Source of the DNA: Nautiliales bacterium
GTDB lineage: Bacteria; Campylobacterota; Campylobacteria; Campylobacterales; JAADDX01
Direction: 5' to 3'
Assembly (NCBI GenBank): GCA_030826765.1
Contig: JAUUDM010000025.1
Location: 5,365-69,364 of the forward strand
DNA: 64,000 bases
Every line of letters starts with the position of its first letter. Positions within the stretch are counted from its first letter, which is position 1. The notes under the pieces are model-generated. The model saw only the letters and a program-made list of their open reading frames with translations, was not told the DNA's origin and ran no database searches. Below, one piece after another: positions 50,784 to 61,285 of the stretch. The translations under genes were made by a program, and so were the position numbers.

Positions 50784-51586
50784 TGCTTACTCTTTACATA
50801 CTCTTCTAAAAGTTCATAAGATTCTTTTATTTTCATAAACTTTTTATTATATATTTTTTGAATAAGTTCTGGCTTGTTTCTATGAAAATCTGGATGATAT
50901 TTTTTAGCAAGTCTTTTATACTCTTTTTTTACTTTTTCAAACTCATATATATTATCCGCTCCAAAAACTGAAAGTGCATTTCTAATCTGAGCTAAATACT
51001 CTTTTATACTACCTTCTACACTAAATGCTCTTTGTGAAAATCTAAATTCATTTTCATCTACAACAAAATGAACCTTATATCCCATAATTGCATTTTTTTT
51101 ACTTATTTCATATACTAATTCTTTAGAATTTTCATTAAAAGAGATTATTAACTTTTTTTCATAAAGTTCTAATATATGAAATAAAAAAAGACCTTTTATA
51201 TAATTATAAACAGGTTTTATAAATTTAGAAAATTCTATAACAAACTCTTTTGAAGAATTTTTTTTAATATTTATAGTTAAAATATCACTAAAGGAGACAC
51301 TATGTTTTTTTATTTTTATTCTTACATTTTTTCTATAATTTAAAGCTATTCTTTTTGAAATAGAGTCATCATTATGAGTTTTTTTATATAGTTTAATTAA
51401 TGTTTGAAGCATTAATTTATGTTTTTTTATATTTTCTGAATCAAAATAAATAAGATATTCATCATCTTTAATTTCAAGTTTATTAAATGAAAGTCTTATA
51501 AATTCAATAAAACTTTTTATTCTATATCTTGAATCAATAACAACATCAATGTTTTCTGAGATATCTATTTCAAAAATTCTATCCAT
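50780..51586 (-). CDS. J-domain protein with uncharacterised N-terminal region
   Basis: 268 aa. The C-terminal ~65 aa form a J domain (KKEYKRLAKKYHPDFH...IKESYELL). I recognise nothing in the N-terminal 200 aa. It has 4-nt overlaps with both neighbours. Confidence 0.75.
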   Translation of the reverse strand: MDRIFEIDISENIDVVIDSRYRIKSFIEFIRLSFNKLEIKDDEYLIYFDSENIKKHKLMLQTLIKLYKKTHNDDSISKRIALNYRKNVRIKIKKHSVSFSDILTINIKKNSSKEFVIEFSKFIKPVYNYIKGLFLFHILELYEKKLIISFNENSKELVYEISKKNAIMGYKVHFVVDENEFRFSQRAFSVEGSIKEYLAQIRNALSVFGADNIYEFEKVKKEYKRLAKKYHPDFHRNKPELIQKIYNKKFMKIKESYELLEEYVKSKQ

Positions 51587-52238
51587 TTTTCCTCATTATT
51601 ATTAAAGTTGCCATTGGCGGAAAAAGCCTCTGTTTTTTTACTATTTCATAATTATTAAAATTTTTCAAAATATCTTCATCACTAATATTTTTTATCATTT
51701 TAGGAAATTTTCTATACGCTTCAAACTCTCCTGTAATTATACCACCAATTAAAGGAACTATCTTAGTCATATAAAACATACTAAGTTTAAAAAATATAGA
51801 ATTACTTCTTGTAAGTTCTACTATAGCAAAATATCCACCTATTTTCAGACATTTATTTAAATTTTTTACACCTTTTTCTAAATTATCAAAGTTTCTAACC
51901 GCCATAAATGCTGTTATCAAATCAACTTTTTCAGGACATTTAAAAGTTTCAGCATAATCTTCTATAAATTTAACATTTTTGTTTTTTAATTTTTCTCCAG
52001 CAATTTTATTCATCTGTTCACTTGGATCTAATAGATACATTTTATCAAAATTCATCTCTTTTGCCATATCTCCTGTAGCACTTGCCACATCAAGCAAAAT
52101 CCCATTATTTATATATTTTTTTATCTTTTTAACAAATATTTTTCTCCAAATTTTTTCAATTCCAAAAGAGACTATACTTGTAGCTAAATCATATTTTTTT
52201 GCTAACTTTTCATAAATTTCTACGTTTTTTGTGTCCAT
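51579..52238 (-). CDS. ubiE: demethylmenaquinone/ubiquinone C-methyltransferase (UbiE/MenG family)
   Basis: SAM motif I LLDVASATGD and a UbiE-like N-terminus (YDLATSIVSFGIEKIWRK). The start is placed at the ATG at 52238 (MDTKN...), preceded by gagagga. The track start at 52265 is the alternative. Confidence 0.82.
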   Translation of the reverse strand: MDTKNVEIYEKLAKKYDLATSIVSFGIEKIWRKIFVKKIKKYINNGILLDVASATGDMAKEMNFDKMYLLDPSEQMNKIAGEKLKNKNVKFIEDYAETFKCPEKVDLITAFMAVRNFDNLEKGVKNLNKCLKIGGYFAIVELTRSNSIFFKLSMFYMTKIVPLIGGIITGEFEAYRKFPKMIKNISDEDILKNFNNYEIVKKQRLFPPMATLIIMRKNG

Positions 52239-53197
52239 AAAAACAAATCCTCTCTTTTTTCGCAATGTATAACTTCTAATTCATCATCAAATCTATAATT
52301 TTTTCTATTTAAAATTTTATTTATATTTATTATAAAAAGATTCCAATCAACTATTTGTTTCACTTTTTGATACAAGTTTTCACCACCTTCTATCATAATA
52401 AAATTATATTTATTAATTATATCTAAATTATCACTAATATAAACTTTTCTATTTTTTACATTGAATAAAGGAATTATTTTATCAAACTCTTTTTGTCTTG
52501 AATATATTAAAATATCTGGAGCTTTTCCATTGACCATTCTTGCATCAAGAGTTGGTCTATCTTTTCTAACAGTTTCTCCACCAATTACAATTAAGTCAAG
52601 TTTATCTCTAACCTGATGAACCCATTTTAAAGATTCCTTTTTTGTAATATAACCCCCGGTATAAGCACCATTTAGTGAAGTTGCGAATTTAAAAAATATA
52701 AATTTATCATTCGTCCATTTTATAAAAGGCTCTATTAAATTTAAACATCTTTTATCATTTAAAATTTCAACTTCAATTCCAGCATTTTTAAGTCTATCTA
52801 CTCCTCCAGAATGTGAAGAAATAGGATCAAGCCATCCAATAACTACTTTTTTGGGTTTAATAGTTTCAATAAGCTTAGAACAAGCTGGAGTTTTTCCAGT
52901 ATGATTACAAGGCTCTAATGTTACATAAATAGTGGCTTCATTAAAAAAATTATTATGATTTTTATATAAATATTCGTGAATTTCTTGTGATGATGTTAAA
53001 GTTGGAGCAGAAAAAAATGCTTTATAAGCACTCCAAAGAGCATTTACTTCTGCATGAGACTCTCCTGCTTTTTTGTGTGCTTCTACAAATAATCTATTTT
53101 TAATACTTACAACACACCCAACCGCAGGATTTGGATATGTTAAAAGCTGATATTTCCAAGCTTCATCTATTGCAAGTTTTAAGTAATCTATTTCCAT
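52220..53197 (-). CDS. ribD: bifunctional riboflavin biosynthesis deaminase/reductase
   Basis: 325 aa with the CMP/dCMP deaminase zinc motif HAEVNAL...PCNHTGKTPAC, followed by a RibD C-terminal reductase domain. Confidence 0.92.
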   Translation of the reverse strand: MEIDYLKLAIDEAWKYQLLTYPNPAVGCVVSIKNRLFVEAHKKAGESHAEVNALWSAYKAFFSAPTLTSSQEIHEYLYKNHNNFFNEATIYVTLEPCNHTGKTPACSKLIETIKPKKVVIGWLDPISSHSGGVDRLKNAGIEVEILNDKRCLNLIEPFIKWTNDKFIFFKFATSLNGAYTGGYITKKESLKWVHQVRDKLDLIVIGGETVRKDRPTLDARMVNGKAPDILIYSRQKEFDKIIPLFNVKNRKVYISDNLDIINKYNFIMIEGGENLYQKVKQIVDWNLFIININKILNRKNYRFDDELEVIHCEKREDLFLWTQKT

Positions 53198-53607
53198 TCA
53201 AAATATGTTCTTGCTTTTTTAATATTAGAAAAAGGAATTATTTTATTTTTTACATTTATTTTATCTTCAGTTACTTCTTGAAGTTTTCCAATTATTTTAC
53301 TACCATCATTCATAGTAATTTTTACTTTTTCACCAATAGAATTTTTAAAATGTTCTTTTGTTTTAAGTGGTCTTTCAATTCCAGGTGAACTTACTTCTAA
53401 AAAATATGCATCACTAATAGGTTCTTCCACATCAAAGATTGGAGAAATTATTCTATTTACTTCAGCACATTCATCTAAATTTACACTACTTCCATCATCT
53501 TTTTGAATATAAATTCTATAATATTTATGTTCATTTTCTTCACTTATTTCAATATCATATAATTTAAATCCATTATCTTCAACTATCTGTTTTACTATTT
53601 CTTTCAT
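53188..53607 (-). CDS. rimP: ribosome maturation factor RimP
   Basis: 139 aa with GFKLYDIE..., LEVSSPGIERPL and an Sm-like C-terminus. Confidence 0.88.
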   Translation of the reverse strand: MKEIVKQIVEDNGFKLYDIEISEENEHKYYRIYIQKDDGSSVNLDECAEVNRIISPIFDVEEPISDAYFLEVSSPGIERPLKTKEHFKNSIGEKVKITMNDGSKIIGKLQEVTEDKINVKNKIIPFSNIKKARTYFEWK

Positions 53608-54175
53608 TTTTATCCTTATTACAAATATATAAACTAATTAAAATAATCATTCTTAACACATGTTCTAAATCTTCTTCTGGAACAGTTTTTACATACTCCA
53701 ATTTTAAAGATGTAATACTTAAAATCAATACATTTAGTAAATCTGCAATATTTTCATCACCTATCGTATCTGTTAAATAATCCCTAATTTCTTCATTTGT
53801 ATTAAATTTAATCACATTTAATTTATATTTAAAAAATATTAAATCTACAACATCTGTCATAACAACAGCTATATTATCTTCAATATATTTTTTATCTAAT
53901 TTTAGTAAAGTATCTATTAAATCTATTATTTGAGTTTCTAAAAACAACTCTTTTGAAATATTCAAAGATTTTAAATAATCAATAACATAATAATAAAATT
54001 CTTTATATTTTCCTTTTATTTTTTTATAATTTGAATTATTTTTTAACATATTATCTAATATTTCATATCTATCTATAGAAGAATCTATACAATTGAATAA
54101 TATATAAAAAAATTCTTCTACTACATTTACATCATATTTTTTAAAAAATTTATTATATTCTTTTAATTTATTCAT
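53579..54175 (-). CDS. hypothetical protein inserted between rbfA and rimP
   Basis: 198-aa, very AT-rich ORF that overlaps rbfA by 4 nt and rimP by 29 nt. I recognise no motif. Confidence 0.6.
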   Translation of the reverse strand: MNKLKEYNKFFKKYDVNVVEEFFYILFNCIDSSIDRYEILDNMLKNNSNYKKIKGKYKEFYYYVIDYLKSLNISKELFLETQIIDLIDTLLKLDKKYIEDNIAVVMTDVVDLIFFKYKLNVIKFNTNEEIRDYLTDTIGDENIADLLNVLILSITSLKLEYVKTVPEEDLEHVLRMIILISLYICNKDKNERNSKTDS

Positions 54176-54519
54176 TTTTTTATTTTATTAAATAACTCTT
54201 CCATTTTATTTTCTTTTTCAAATAATTCATCAAAAGTATAAGTAAATTTAGGTACTTTATACCAACCTGTACTTTCTAAACAATATTTAGAAATAAGCCC
54301 GTTAGCTTTTCTTAATAACTTTAAAGCTTCTTTTTGTTCATCTTTTGTAAGAAGTGATTTTTCAAGATAAACTTTTGCATCACTCGCACCTCTTGAACAA
54401 ACTACTTCCAAAACAGTTAAAGAATTAATTCTACTATCATTGAGAGTAGAAAAAGCTTCATTTAAAAGCTCTACTAATATTGATTCTTTTCTTTGTACTT
54501 TTATACTTTTATTACTCAT
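54172..54519 (-). CDS. rbfA: ribosome-binding factor A
   Basis: 115 aa. RKESILVELLNEAF... followed by a KH-like core. It sits immediately after infB. Confidence 0.85.
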   Translation of the reverse strand: MSNKSIKVQRKESILVELLNEAFSTLNDSRINSLTVLEVVCSRGASDAKVYLEKSLLTKDEQKEALKLLRKANGLISKYCLESTGWYKVPKFTYTFDELFEKENKMEELFNKIKK

Positions 54520-56957
54520 TTGAATTCAGCTCTTTTCTCAGTTTTTTTGAAAGTTTCTATCATATCATATTCTTTGAAGTCATTAAATCCTTCTATCATA
54601 ATACCACAATCATTACCTTTAGTAACTTCTTTTACATCATCTTTAAATCTTTTTAGTGATGAAATACGTCCTGTATAAATAACTTCACTATCTCTAATAA
54701 CTTTAGCAAAATCATCACTATGAACAGCACCATCCATTACCATACATCCGGCAACTTTATCATCAGTTTTTGTAGGGAATATAGCTCTTACTTCAGCTTT
54801 ACCTGTATAAGTTTCAACAATTTCTGGACTTAACATAGTCGAAAGTTCATCTTTAACATCATCAATTAATTCATAAATAATATTATAAAGTTTAACTTCA
54901 ACTCCTTCTTGTTTTGCTTTTCTTTTAGCATCAGGCGTCTCTTTTACATTAAATCCAATAATAATAGCTTTATTTTCACCCGCACTTGCTAATACTACAT
55001 CATTTTCTGTAATATCACCAATACCAGCACTTAATATATCTACTCTTACTTCATCATTTTTAAGCTCTTCTAATGAATATTTAATAGCTTCTACACTTCC
55101 ATTTGTATCTGCTTTAATAATAACTGGAAGTTTTTTAATTTTTGATTCAAGCATCATTTTTTGTAAATCTTCTAAAGTTGCTTTTGTTGATTTACCTCTC
55201 TCTTTTTCAAGTAAGAATTCTTTCCATTTAGTTGCATAATTTCTAGCTTCTTTATCATTTTTCACAGCTACTAAAAAGTCCCCTGCTTTTGGAACTTCGT
55301 TAAGACCAATTACTTGAACAGGCTCACCTGGTTTAGCATCTTTTACTTGTTTTCCTAAATCATTAACAAGACTTCTCATTCTACCAAATGTAGTTCCACA
55401 TACTACAGAATCACCTTTTTTAAGTGTTCCATTTTGAATAATTACAGTCGCAACTGCACCTCTTCCTTTTTGCATTTCTGCTTCAATAACAACTGCTTTT
55501 GCTTCCCTTTTTGGATTAGCTTTTAGTTCTAGAATTTCAGCTTGAAGATTGATAGTTTCAAGTAATTCATCAATACCTTCTCCAGTTTTTGCTGAAATTT
55601 TAACAAATTCATTTTCTCCACCCCAATCAGTTGGCATAATTCCAAATTCACTAAGTTGAGTAGTTACTCTATCCGGATTTGCATCTGGTTTATCCATTTT
55701 ATTAATTGCTACTATAATTGGAACTCCAGCATTTTGAGCATGTTTTATAGCTTCTCTTGTCTGAGGCATAACACCATCATCAGCAGCTACTACGATAATA
55801 GCAATATCAGTAATATTTGCACCTCTTTCTCTGATAGAAGTAAATGCTGCATGCCCTGGTGTATCTAAAAATGTAATTTTTTTACCATTTTTTTCTACCA
55901 TATAAGCACCGATATGTTGAGTAATTCCACCAGCTTCTTTTGCTGTTACTCTTGAATTTCTAATTTTATCAAGTAGAGTTGTTTTACCATGGTCAACATG
56001 TCCCATAATAGTAACAACTGGACTTCTTTCTACTAAATCTTCTTCTTTATCTTTAATTGCATCATATTTACCAACATAATCAAATTCTTCAATAGGGTTA
56101 TAAAGTTTAACATCTACATCAAAATCATCCGCAAGCATTTCTATATAATCTGCATTAATAAAATCATTTTTATCAAGCTCTTCACCATATTCTCTAAATT
56201 TATCAATAACTTCTTGTAAAGGTTTTCCTATTTTATCTGCAAGTTCATAAACTCTTGTTTCACTTTCTATAATAATAGTTCCTTGCTCTTTCTCTTTTTT
56301 AGTATATTTTTTCTTTTTATTATCTTCTTTTGTAATAGTTCTTTTTCTATTATTTGTTTTTCTTTTAGGTCTATTTTGATTAGGCTTTTTAGCTCTTTGT
56401 TCATCTTCTAAAGGCATTGTAATATCTACAAAAGATAAATCTAATAATTGAACTTGATTTTCCTCGATAGAATTAATTTCTGCTATTTCTCTATTGATTT
56501 GAAGTTCATTACCTTTATCAATAGCTTTTGGAGCAACTTTCTTTTTCTCTTTTTTTGGTTTTGGTGGTTGAGTACTTCCTTTAGTCTCTTTTTTAGGCAT
56601 CATTTTAGGTGATGCTGTAGAAACTTCAGGTTTAGCTTTTTTTACAATTCTAATACCTCTGTTTTTTCTAATCGAGCTAGCCTTTTTAACTTCTTTTTCT
56701 TTTGGTTCTTCTTTTTTTGTTTCTGTTTTAACTATTTTAGTCTCTTCTTTCTTTACACTTTTTTTTATTTCTTTTTCTTCTTTTTTAGGTGTTGGATTTT
56801 GAATATATTCAGCTATTTTCATAGCTTCTTGAGGTGTTACTGAACTAGTTGCAGCCTTTACATTCTTAATTCCTAAACTCTTACAAATATCGATAACTTC
56901 TTTTGAACTTTTTCCAAGTTCTATAGCTACCTCTTTAATTTTAATTTCCATATACAA
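54516..56957 (-). CDS. infB: translation initiation factor IF-2
   Basis: 813 aa with a Lys/Glu-rich N-terminal region and G-domain motifs [14 protein letters not shown] and NKMD. The start may be the ATG two codons in (56951). Confidence 0.97.
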   Translation of the reverse strand: MYMEIKIKEVAIELGKSSKEVIDICKSLGIKNVKAATSSVTPQEAMKIAEYIQNPTPKKEEKEIKKSVKKEETKIVKTETKKEEPKEKEVKKASSIRKNRGIRIVKKAKPEVSTASPKMMPKKETKGSTQPPKPKKEKKKVAPKAIDKGNELQINREIAEINSIEENQVQLLDLSFVDITMPLEDEQRAKKPNQNRPKRKTNNRKRTITKEDNKKKKYTKKEKEQGTIIIESETRVYELADKIGKPLQEVIDKFREYGEELDKNDFINADYIEMLADDFDVDVKLYNPIEEFDYVGKYDAIKDKEEDLVERSPVVTIMGHVDHGKTTLLDKIRNSRVTAKEAGGITQHIGAYMVEKNGKKITFLDTPGHAAFTSIRERGANITDIAIIVVAADDGVMPQTREAIKHAQNAGVPIIVAINKMDKPDANPDRVTTQLSEFGIMPTDWGGENEFVKISAKTGEGIDELLETINLQAEILELKANPKREAKAVVIEAEMQKGRGAVATVIIQNGTLKKGDSVVCGTTFGRMRSLVNDLGKQVKDAKPGEPVQVIGLNEVPKAGDFLVAVKNDKEARNYATKWKEFLLEKERGKSTKATLEDLQKMMLESKIKKLPVIIKADTNGSVEAIKYSLEELKNDEVRVDILSAGIGDITENDVVLASAGENKAIIIGFNVKETPDAKRKAKQEGVEVKLYNIIYELIDDVKDELSTMLSPEIVETYTGKAEVRAIFPTKTDDKVAGCMVMDGAVHSDDFAKVIRDSEVIYTGRISSLKRFKDDVKEVTKGNDCGIMIEGFNDFKEYDMIETFKKTEKRAEFK

Positions 56958-57168
56958 TTATCTCCTTTATGTTTTCAATACTGATATTTTTTTTACAAAT
57001 TCTTTTTATAATTTTATCTAATTTTTTACTATTTTTACAATTTGTACATAAATAAAAACTTCTTCCAATTCCTTCAAATCTTAAAAACTCTCCATTTTTA
57101 CACTGAAGTCTTAACATCTCTTTTTGAGGAAGTCTCTCTCGACACACTACACACATTCTCTCCGTCAC
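56941..57168 (-). CDS. YlxR/DUF448-family RNA-binding protein
   Basis: 75 aa. ERMCVVCRERLPQKEMLR...GRSFYLC matches the YlxR pattern, and it sits upstream of infB. Confidence 0.75.
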   Translation of the reverse strand: MTERMCVVCRERLPQKEMLRLQCKNGEFLRFEGIGRSFYLCTNCKNSKKLDKIIKRICKKNISIENIKEIIVYGN

Positions 57169-58046
57169 TTATAAACCTTAACACCAAGATTATCAAAATT
57201 CAAAATTTTTACATTAAATTCTGGGAAATAAGATTTTAATGCACTAAATACATTATAAGCATCATCTTTATAAACAAGATTAAAATAAGTGCTTCCACTT
57301 CCACTTAAAGTACTCATCAAAGCACCCTCTTTTAGTGCAATTTCTCTAACTTTAAAAAGTTCAGGCATAGCTTTCATTCTAAATTCTTGATGAATTTTAT
57401 CTTCTACAACATTTCTTAATAATTCAAATTTTTCACTAAAAAAAGCTGCTGTTATCATTGATGCTGATGATATATTCGTAACAATATCTTTTAAAGGATA
57501 TTGCTCTTTTAAAGTTGTTCTTGATTGATTAGTTGAAACAGTCTTATTTGGAATAACAACAACTGCTTTTATAGAATTTGGAACAAATTTTTTAAGAAAA
57601 TAGACTCTATTCTTTTTAAGTTTAGCCACACAAAATCCACCTAAAATCGCAGGTGTAATATTATCTGGATGATGTTCATAACTTAAAGCATAATTTAAAA
57701 TTTTATCTTTTTTATAGGGAATTTCTGCTAGTTCATATGCTGCTGTTATTGCTGAAGCTATCAAAGCTGAACTACTTCCAAGACCTCTTGAAATTGGAAT
57801 CTTGTTATTAAATTTATAATGACAAGTTGGTTTGTAACCTGTTAAATTTTTATATACTTCAGTAAATATATTTACAAACATATTATTTGGAAGTTTTTTC
57901 AAATATTCCGCATTCTCACCATAAAGTTCTATTTTTTCTACTTGTGAAAATTTAATTTCCACTTCATTTCTTAGAGTTAATGATACACCTAATGTATCAA
58001 AACCTGGTCCCAAATTGGCACTTGTTGCTGGCGTTGATATAATCAA
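57165..58046 (-). CDS. thrB: homoserine kinase
   Basis: 293 aa with N-terminal PATSANLGPGFD and GHMP motif PISRGLGSSSALIAS. Confidence 0.93.
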   Translation of the reverse strand: MIISTPATSANLGPGFDTLGVSLTLRNEVEIKFSQVEKIELYGENAEYLKKLPNNMFVNIFTEVYKNLTGYKPTCHYKFNNKIPISRGLGSSSALIASAITAAYELAEIPYKKDKILNYALSYEHHPDNITPAILGGFCVAKLKKNRVYFLKKFVPNSIKAVVVIPNKTVSTNQSRTTLKEQYPLKDIVTNISSASMITAAFFSEKFELLRNVVEDKIHQEFRMKAMPELFKVREIALKEGALMSTLSGSGSTYFNLVYKDDAYNVFSALKSYFPEFNVKILNFDNLGVKVYK

Positions 58047-58055
58047 TTTTTGTCC

Positions 58056-58520
58056 TTACACTGCATTTAATATATAAAGCGGTTCAATTTCATTTGAAAA
58101 ATCACTAAAATTCAAATTTTGTGGTAATTCAAATAAATTATTGCTTTCCGCTTTTTTTATTGTAATTGTATCATTTTCTTTGACAAAAAATCTATTTCCG
58201 ACTGCTTTTATTGGAGAATTTTGATTAAAATAGAATCCATCTACTGCTAATATATTAATATTTTTACTAATTTGTAATGTTTTTAAAAAAATATATGTAA
58301 GTTTTATAGACATATAACTACCTGGTCCCTTTGAGTAAATTATATTATCTATTTCATGTTTTTTTAATATTTCATCAAAAAATTTAGGCAAAAATTCACT
58401 TGTCATTTCATCTGAAGTAATTTCTTCAAATAAAATTTTATCTTTATACATTCCTACTTTAATAGGAGTTGAAATTGAAATTATAACTATATCAATATGC
58501 TGTTTGCGCGCTTGTGACAA
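58056..58520 (-). CDS. tsaB: TsaB-like t6A biosynthesis protein (short form)
   Basis: 154 aa. SKGPGSYMSIKLTYIFLKTL...ILAVDGF resembles GPGSFTGLRIG...V.S of TsaB. The assignment is moderate. Confidence 0.55.
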   Translation of the reverse strand: MSQARKQHIDIVIISISTPIKVGMYKDKILFEEITSDEMTSEFLPKFFDEILKKHEIDNIIYSKGPGSYMSIKLTYIFLKTLQISKNINILAVDGFYFNQNSPIKAVGNRFFVKENDTITIKKAESNNLFELPQNLNFSDFSNEIEPLYILNAV

Positions 58521-59385
58521 ATACTTTCTCCTCTACTTTGTTATCAATAGTAACTATTTCATAATTTTTACTATCTGCAAAAATCTTTTTAGTTAATAAA
58601 TGATTTACATGATGACCACTTGAAAAAGCATCATAACTACCAATAATATTGTACCCAAGCAATCTCATATCACCTATTGCATCTAATATTTTATGTCTAA
58701 CAAACTCATCATTATATCTTAAATTTTCATTTAATATTTTTTTATCATCTAAAACAATTGCATTATCTAAGCTTCCACCAAGTGCAAGACCTATACTTCT
58801 TAAATATTGCACTTCTTTTAAAAATCCAAATGTTCTAGCTTTTGCTATCTGATCTATATAATTTTGTGTAGAAAATTTAAATCTATAGTATTGTTCACCA
58901 ATAGCTGGATGATCAAAATTAATTTTAAAAGCATAAGATGTATCTTCACTTGGAATTACTTTTGCATATTTTCCATCCACAGCCACTTCTACTTCTTTTT
59001 TAATTTTAATAAATTTTTTATTTTCATTTTGTTCTAATATTCCAGCTTCTTTTAGTAATAAGCAAAAACTAATTGCACTCCCATCCATAATAGGAACTTC
59101 ATCATTATCTAAAATTATTCTTAAATTATCTATTCCAAAAGCAGTAATTGCGCTCATCAAATGCTCAATCGTAGAAACAACAACTCCATTTTTACCAATT
59201 ACAGTAGCCATTTTTGTATCCACTACACTTTCAATTCCCAAAGGAATAGTAACACCTTTATCATTTCTATAGAAAACTATTCCACTATTTTCTGGCATAG
59301 GTTCAAGTTTTAAATTTACTGGTACACCTTTGTGAAGTCCAATTCCTACGACTTCTACTGCTTTTTTTATAGTTCTTTGTTTCAT
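58492..59385 (-). CDS. lpxC: UDP-3-O-acyl-N-acetylglucosamine deacetylase
   Basis: 297 aa with MKQRTIKK...GIGLHKG, EHLMSA, FVRHKILDAIGD and SGHHVNH motifs. Confidence 0.96.
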   Translation of the reverse strand: MKQRTIKKAVEVVGIGLHKGVPVNLKLEPMPENSGIVFYRNDKGVTIPLGIESVVDTKMATVIGKNGVVVSTIEHLMSAITAFGIDNLRIILDNDEVPIMDGSAISFCLLLKEAGILEQNENKKFIKIKKEVEVAVDGKYAKVIPSEDTSYAFKINFDHPAIGEQYYRFKFSTQNYIDQIAKARTFGFLKEVQYLRSIGLALGGSLDNAIVLDDKKILNENLRYNDEFVRHKILDAIGDMRLLGYNIIGSYDAFSSGHHVNHLLTKKIFADSKNYEIVTIDNKVEEKVFVTSAQTAY

Positions 59386-59924
59386 TATAATTCCTTTATC
59401 CCATCTTTAGTAATAAATGATAATTTATCCACTTTTATCTCTTCATTATGAAATAAAATCGTCCCTTTTTCATTTTTCTTAACTATTATATATTCGCCAG
59501 TGCAAATTACTACCCCTTCTACCTCATCAAAAACTTCTATTGATTCAGTTGAAATGATTTTTGCCCCTGCATTAATTCTTTTTAAAAAAATTAGCCTATT
59601 ATTAGAATTAATTTCTTCTCCGCCTCTTATAATTCTATCAAAAATTTCCGTTTTTGTCGAATTAACTAAATTTTGACTTTCCTCTCCACCATTATTACGG
59701 TTTTCTTCTTCTAACTCTTCATGAGTTGCTTCAAAATCTGCTTTAACAACTCTATATTCAAAATTACTATTTTCTAAATACTCTTTTATTTTTTCATTTT
59801 CACTTCTAACAACAACGAGATATTTTTTTAATGTTTTTTCTCTTGAAATTGCAAATTTAACAAACTTATCATAATTTTCTGTAATTATTTCAAAAACTCT
59901 GACACTTCTTTGTCTAGTTTTCAT
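59385..59924 (-). CDS. minC: MinC-like septum site-determining protein
   Basis: 179 aa. The C-terminal beta-helix-like IIRGGEEINSNNRLIFLKRINAGAKIISTESIEVFDEVEGVV parallels MinC RSGQ...GAEV.A.G.I.V.G. The position next to lpxC matches H. pylori synteny. Confidence 0.6.
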   Translation of the reverse strand: MKTRQRSVRVFEIITENYDKFVKFAISREKTLKKYLVVVRSENEKIKEYLENSNFEYRVVKADFEATHEELEEENRNNGGEESQNLVNSTKTEIFDRIIRGGEEINSNNRLIFLKRINAGAKIISTESIEVFDEVEGVVICTGEYIIVKKNEKGTILFHNEEIKVDKLSFITKDGIKEL

Positions 59925-61285
59925 CTATTGATAATCCTTTTTGCTTTTAAAATTACATTAGTTATATTATCTTTGATCCAATGAGCATCCATCCATTCAA
60001 TAGGTGTAACAGGTATTCCATGAATATAAATTCCAAAATGTAAATGATCTCCAAATACTGCTCCAGTTGAACCACTATTAGCAATAATTGTTCCTCTTGA
60101 TATAATAGAACCTACACTAACATTAAACCCAGAACAATGTGAATAAGTAGAAACCAATCCTAATTTGTGATATAAAGCTAATGTATTACCATAAATTCCA
60201 AGCCATCCTTCAAAAATTACTTTTCCAGCATTACTAGCATAAATTTTCGCATGTTTAAATGATGCTAAATCAACTCCTTTATGAATTGCATGACTTATTA
60301 CTTGACCATTAAAAACATAACTTCTCAGTTCTCCATATCCAGCTTTTTTAGCTGCATTTTTCATTGGTTTAAAAGGTCTAATATAAAAACTATCTATTTT
60401 TTTATCTAAAATAACATTTGTAATTTTATAAATCTGATTTTCATTTATTTTTCTTACTTTTTCATTTACTGTTTTAAAAATTTCAACTAAATCATTTGGA
60501 ACACTCATATTCATTTTTTTAAGAAGTGGAATATCAATTGTTCTTATAAAGTTTTCAGTTATTTTAATTTTTGGATGTCTAAATTTTGGTAAAATCCATC
60601 TAATAGGAATATGAGTAGTAGAAATATTATCAGCCATATCTTTAGCTATCAAGTCTGCACTAAATGATTTAAAATCATAAGGCCAAGCAAGTAAAGAAAT
60701 ATAATAATCTTTTTTATAAAAAGGAGTTAGTTTAAATTTATAAAACTCTTTAGGATTATCTCTATTGCTTATTTTAATATAAGCTTCTTTTAAATATTTA
60801 TCACTAACTTTTACAATAGCAATTCCACTTCCACCTCTTCTCATAGCATAATTATTATTTATAACTTCTGTTATAGGCGCAGTTGTATCTACATTTATAT
60901 CAAACTCTTTTTTAGCTTCATTTCCAGCAAACCAATTCCATTTAGAATTATCCACTGCTTCAACTTTTAAAGTTAATTTATCACCTTTAATTTGATAAAA
61001 ATCTGGTAATTTTATATCTATAGATATGTTATGTTTAACTTCACTTGGCAAAAATTCTTTTGTTTTCAAAACTTTAGATTTTTCATCATTAATAAGTACA
61101 ACTTTATAATATTTTATTCCACTTTCATCACTAATATTTATATTAAATTTATCTCTTAAATTCCAAAAATTTGAGTGTGTTGAGCTAATTTTAGGGAGAT
61201 TTTTTTCGAATGTTGGAGAAAAATAGATATATGATGGAATAGCTAATAAACATAATAACACTAAAATTCCTATAAATTTTTTCAT
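59921..61285 (-). CDS. M23 family metallopeptidase (Csd-type peptidoglycan endopeptidase candidate)
   Basis: 454 aa with an N-terminal anchor and the LytM motifs HKGVDLAS and GDHLHFGIY. Confidence 0.85.
   Translation of the reverse strand: MKKFIGILVLLCLLAIPSYIYFSPTFEKNLPKISSTHSNFWNLRDKFNINISDESGIKYYKVVLINDEKSKVLKTKEFLPSEVKHNISIDIKLPDFYQIKGDKLTLKVEAVDNSKWNWFAGNEAKKEFDINVDTTAPITEVINNNYAMRRGGSGIAIVKVSDKYLKEAYIKISNRDNPKEFYKFKLTPFYKKDYYISLLAWPYDFKSFSADLIAKDMADNISTTHIPIRWILPKFRHPKIKITENFIRTIDIPLLKKMNMSVPNDLVEIFKTVNEKVRKINENQIYKITNVILDKKIDSFYIRPFKPMKNAAKKAGYGELRSYVFNGQVISHAIHKGVDLASFKHAKIYASNAGKVIFEGWLGIYGNTLALYHKLGLVSTYSHCSGFNVSVGSIISRGTIIANSGSTGAVFGDHLHFGIYIHGIPVTPIEWMDAHWIKDNITNVILKAKRIINR

Noticed and set aside
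56300-56800. Repetitive aag/gaa-rich DNA that might look like a tandem repeat or low-complexity element.
   Set aside because: It encodes the Lys/Glu-rich N-terminal region typical of IF-2. It has no unit periodicity beyond codon bias.
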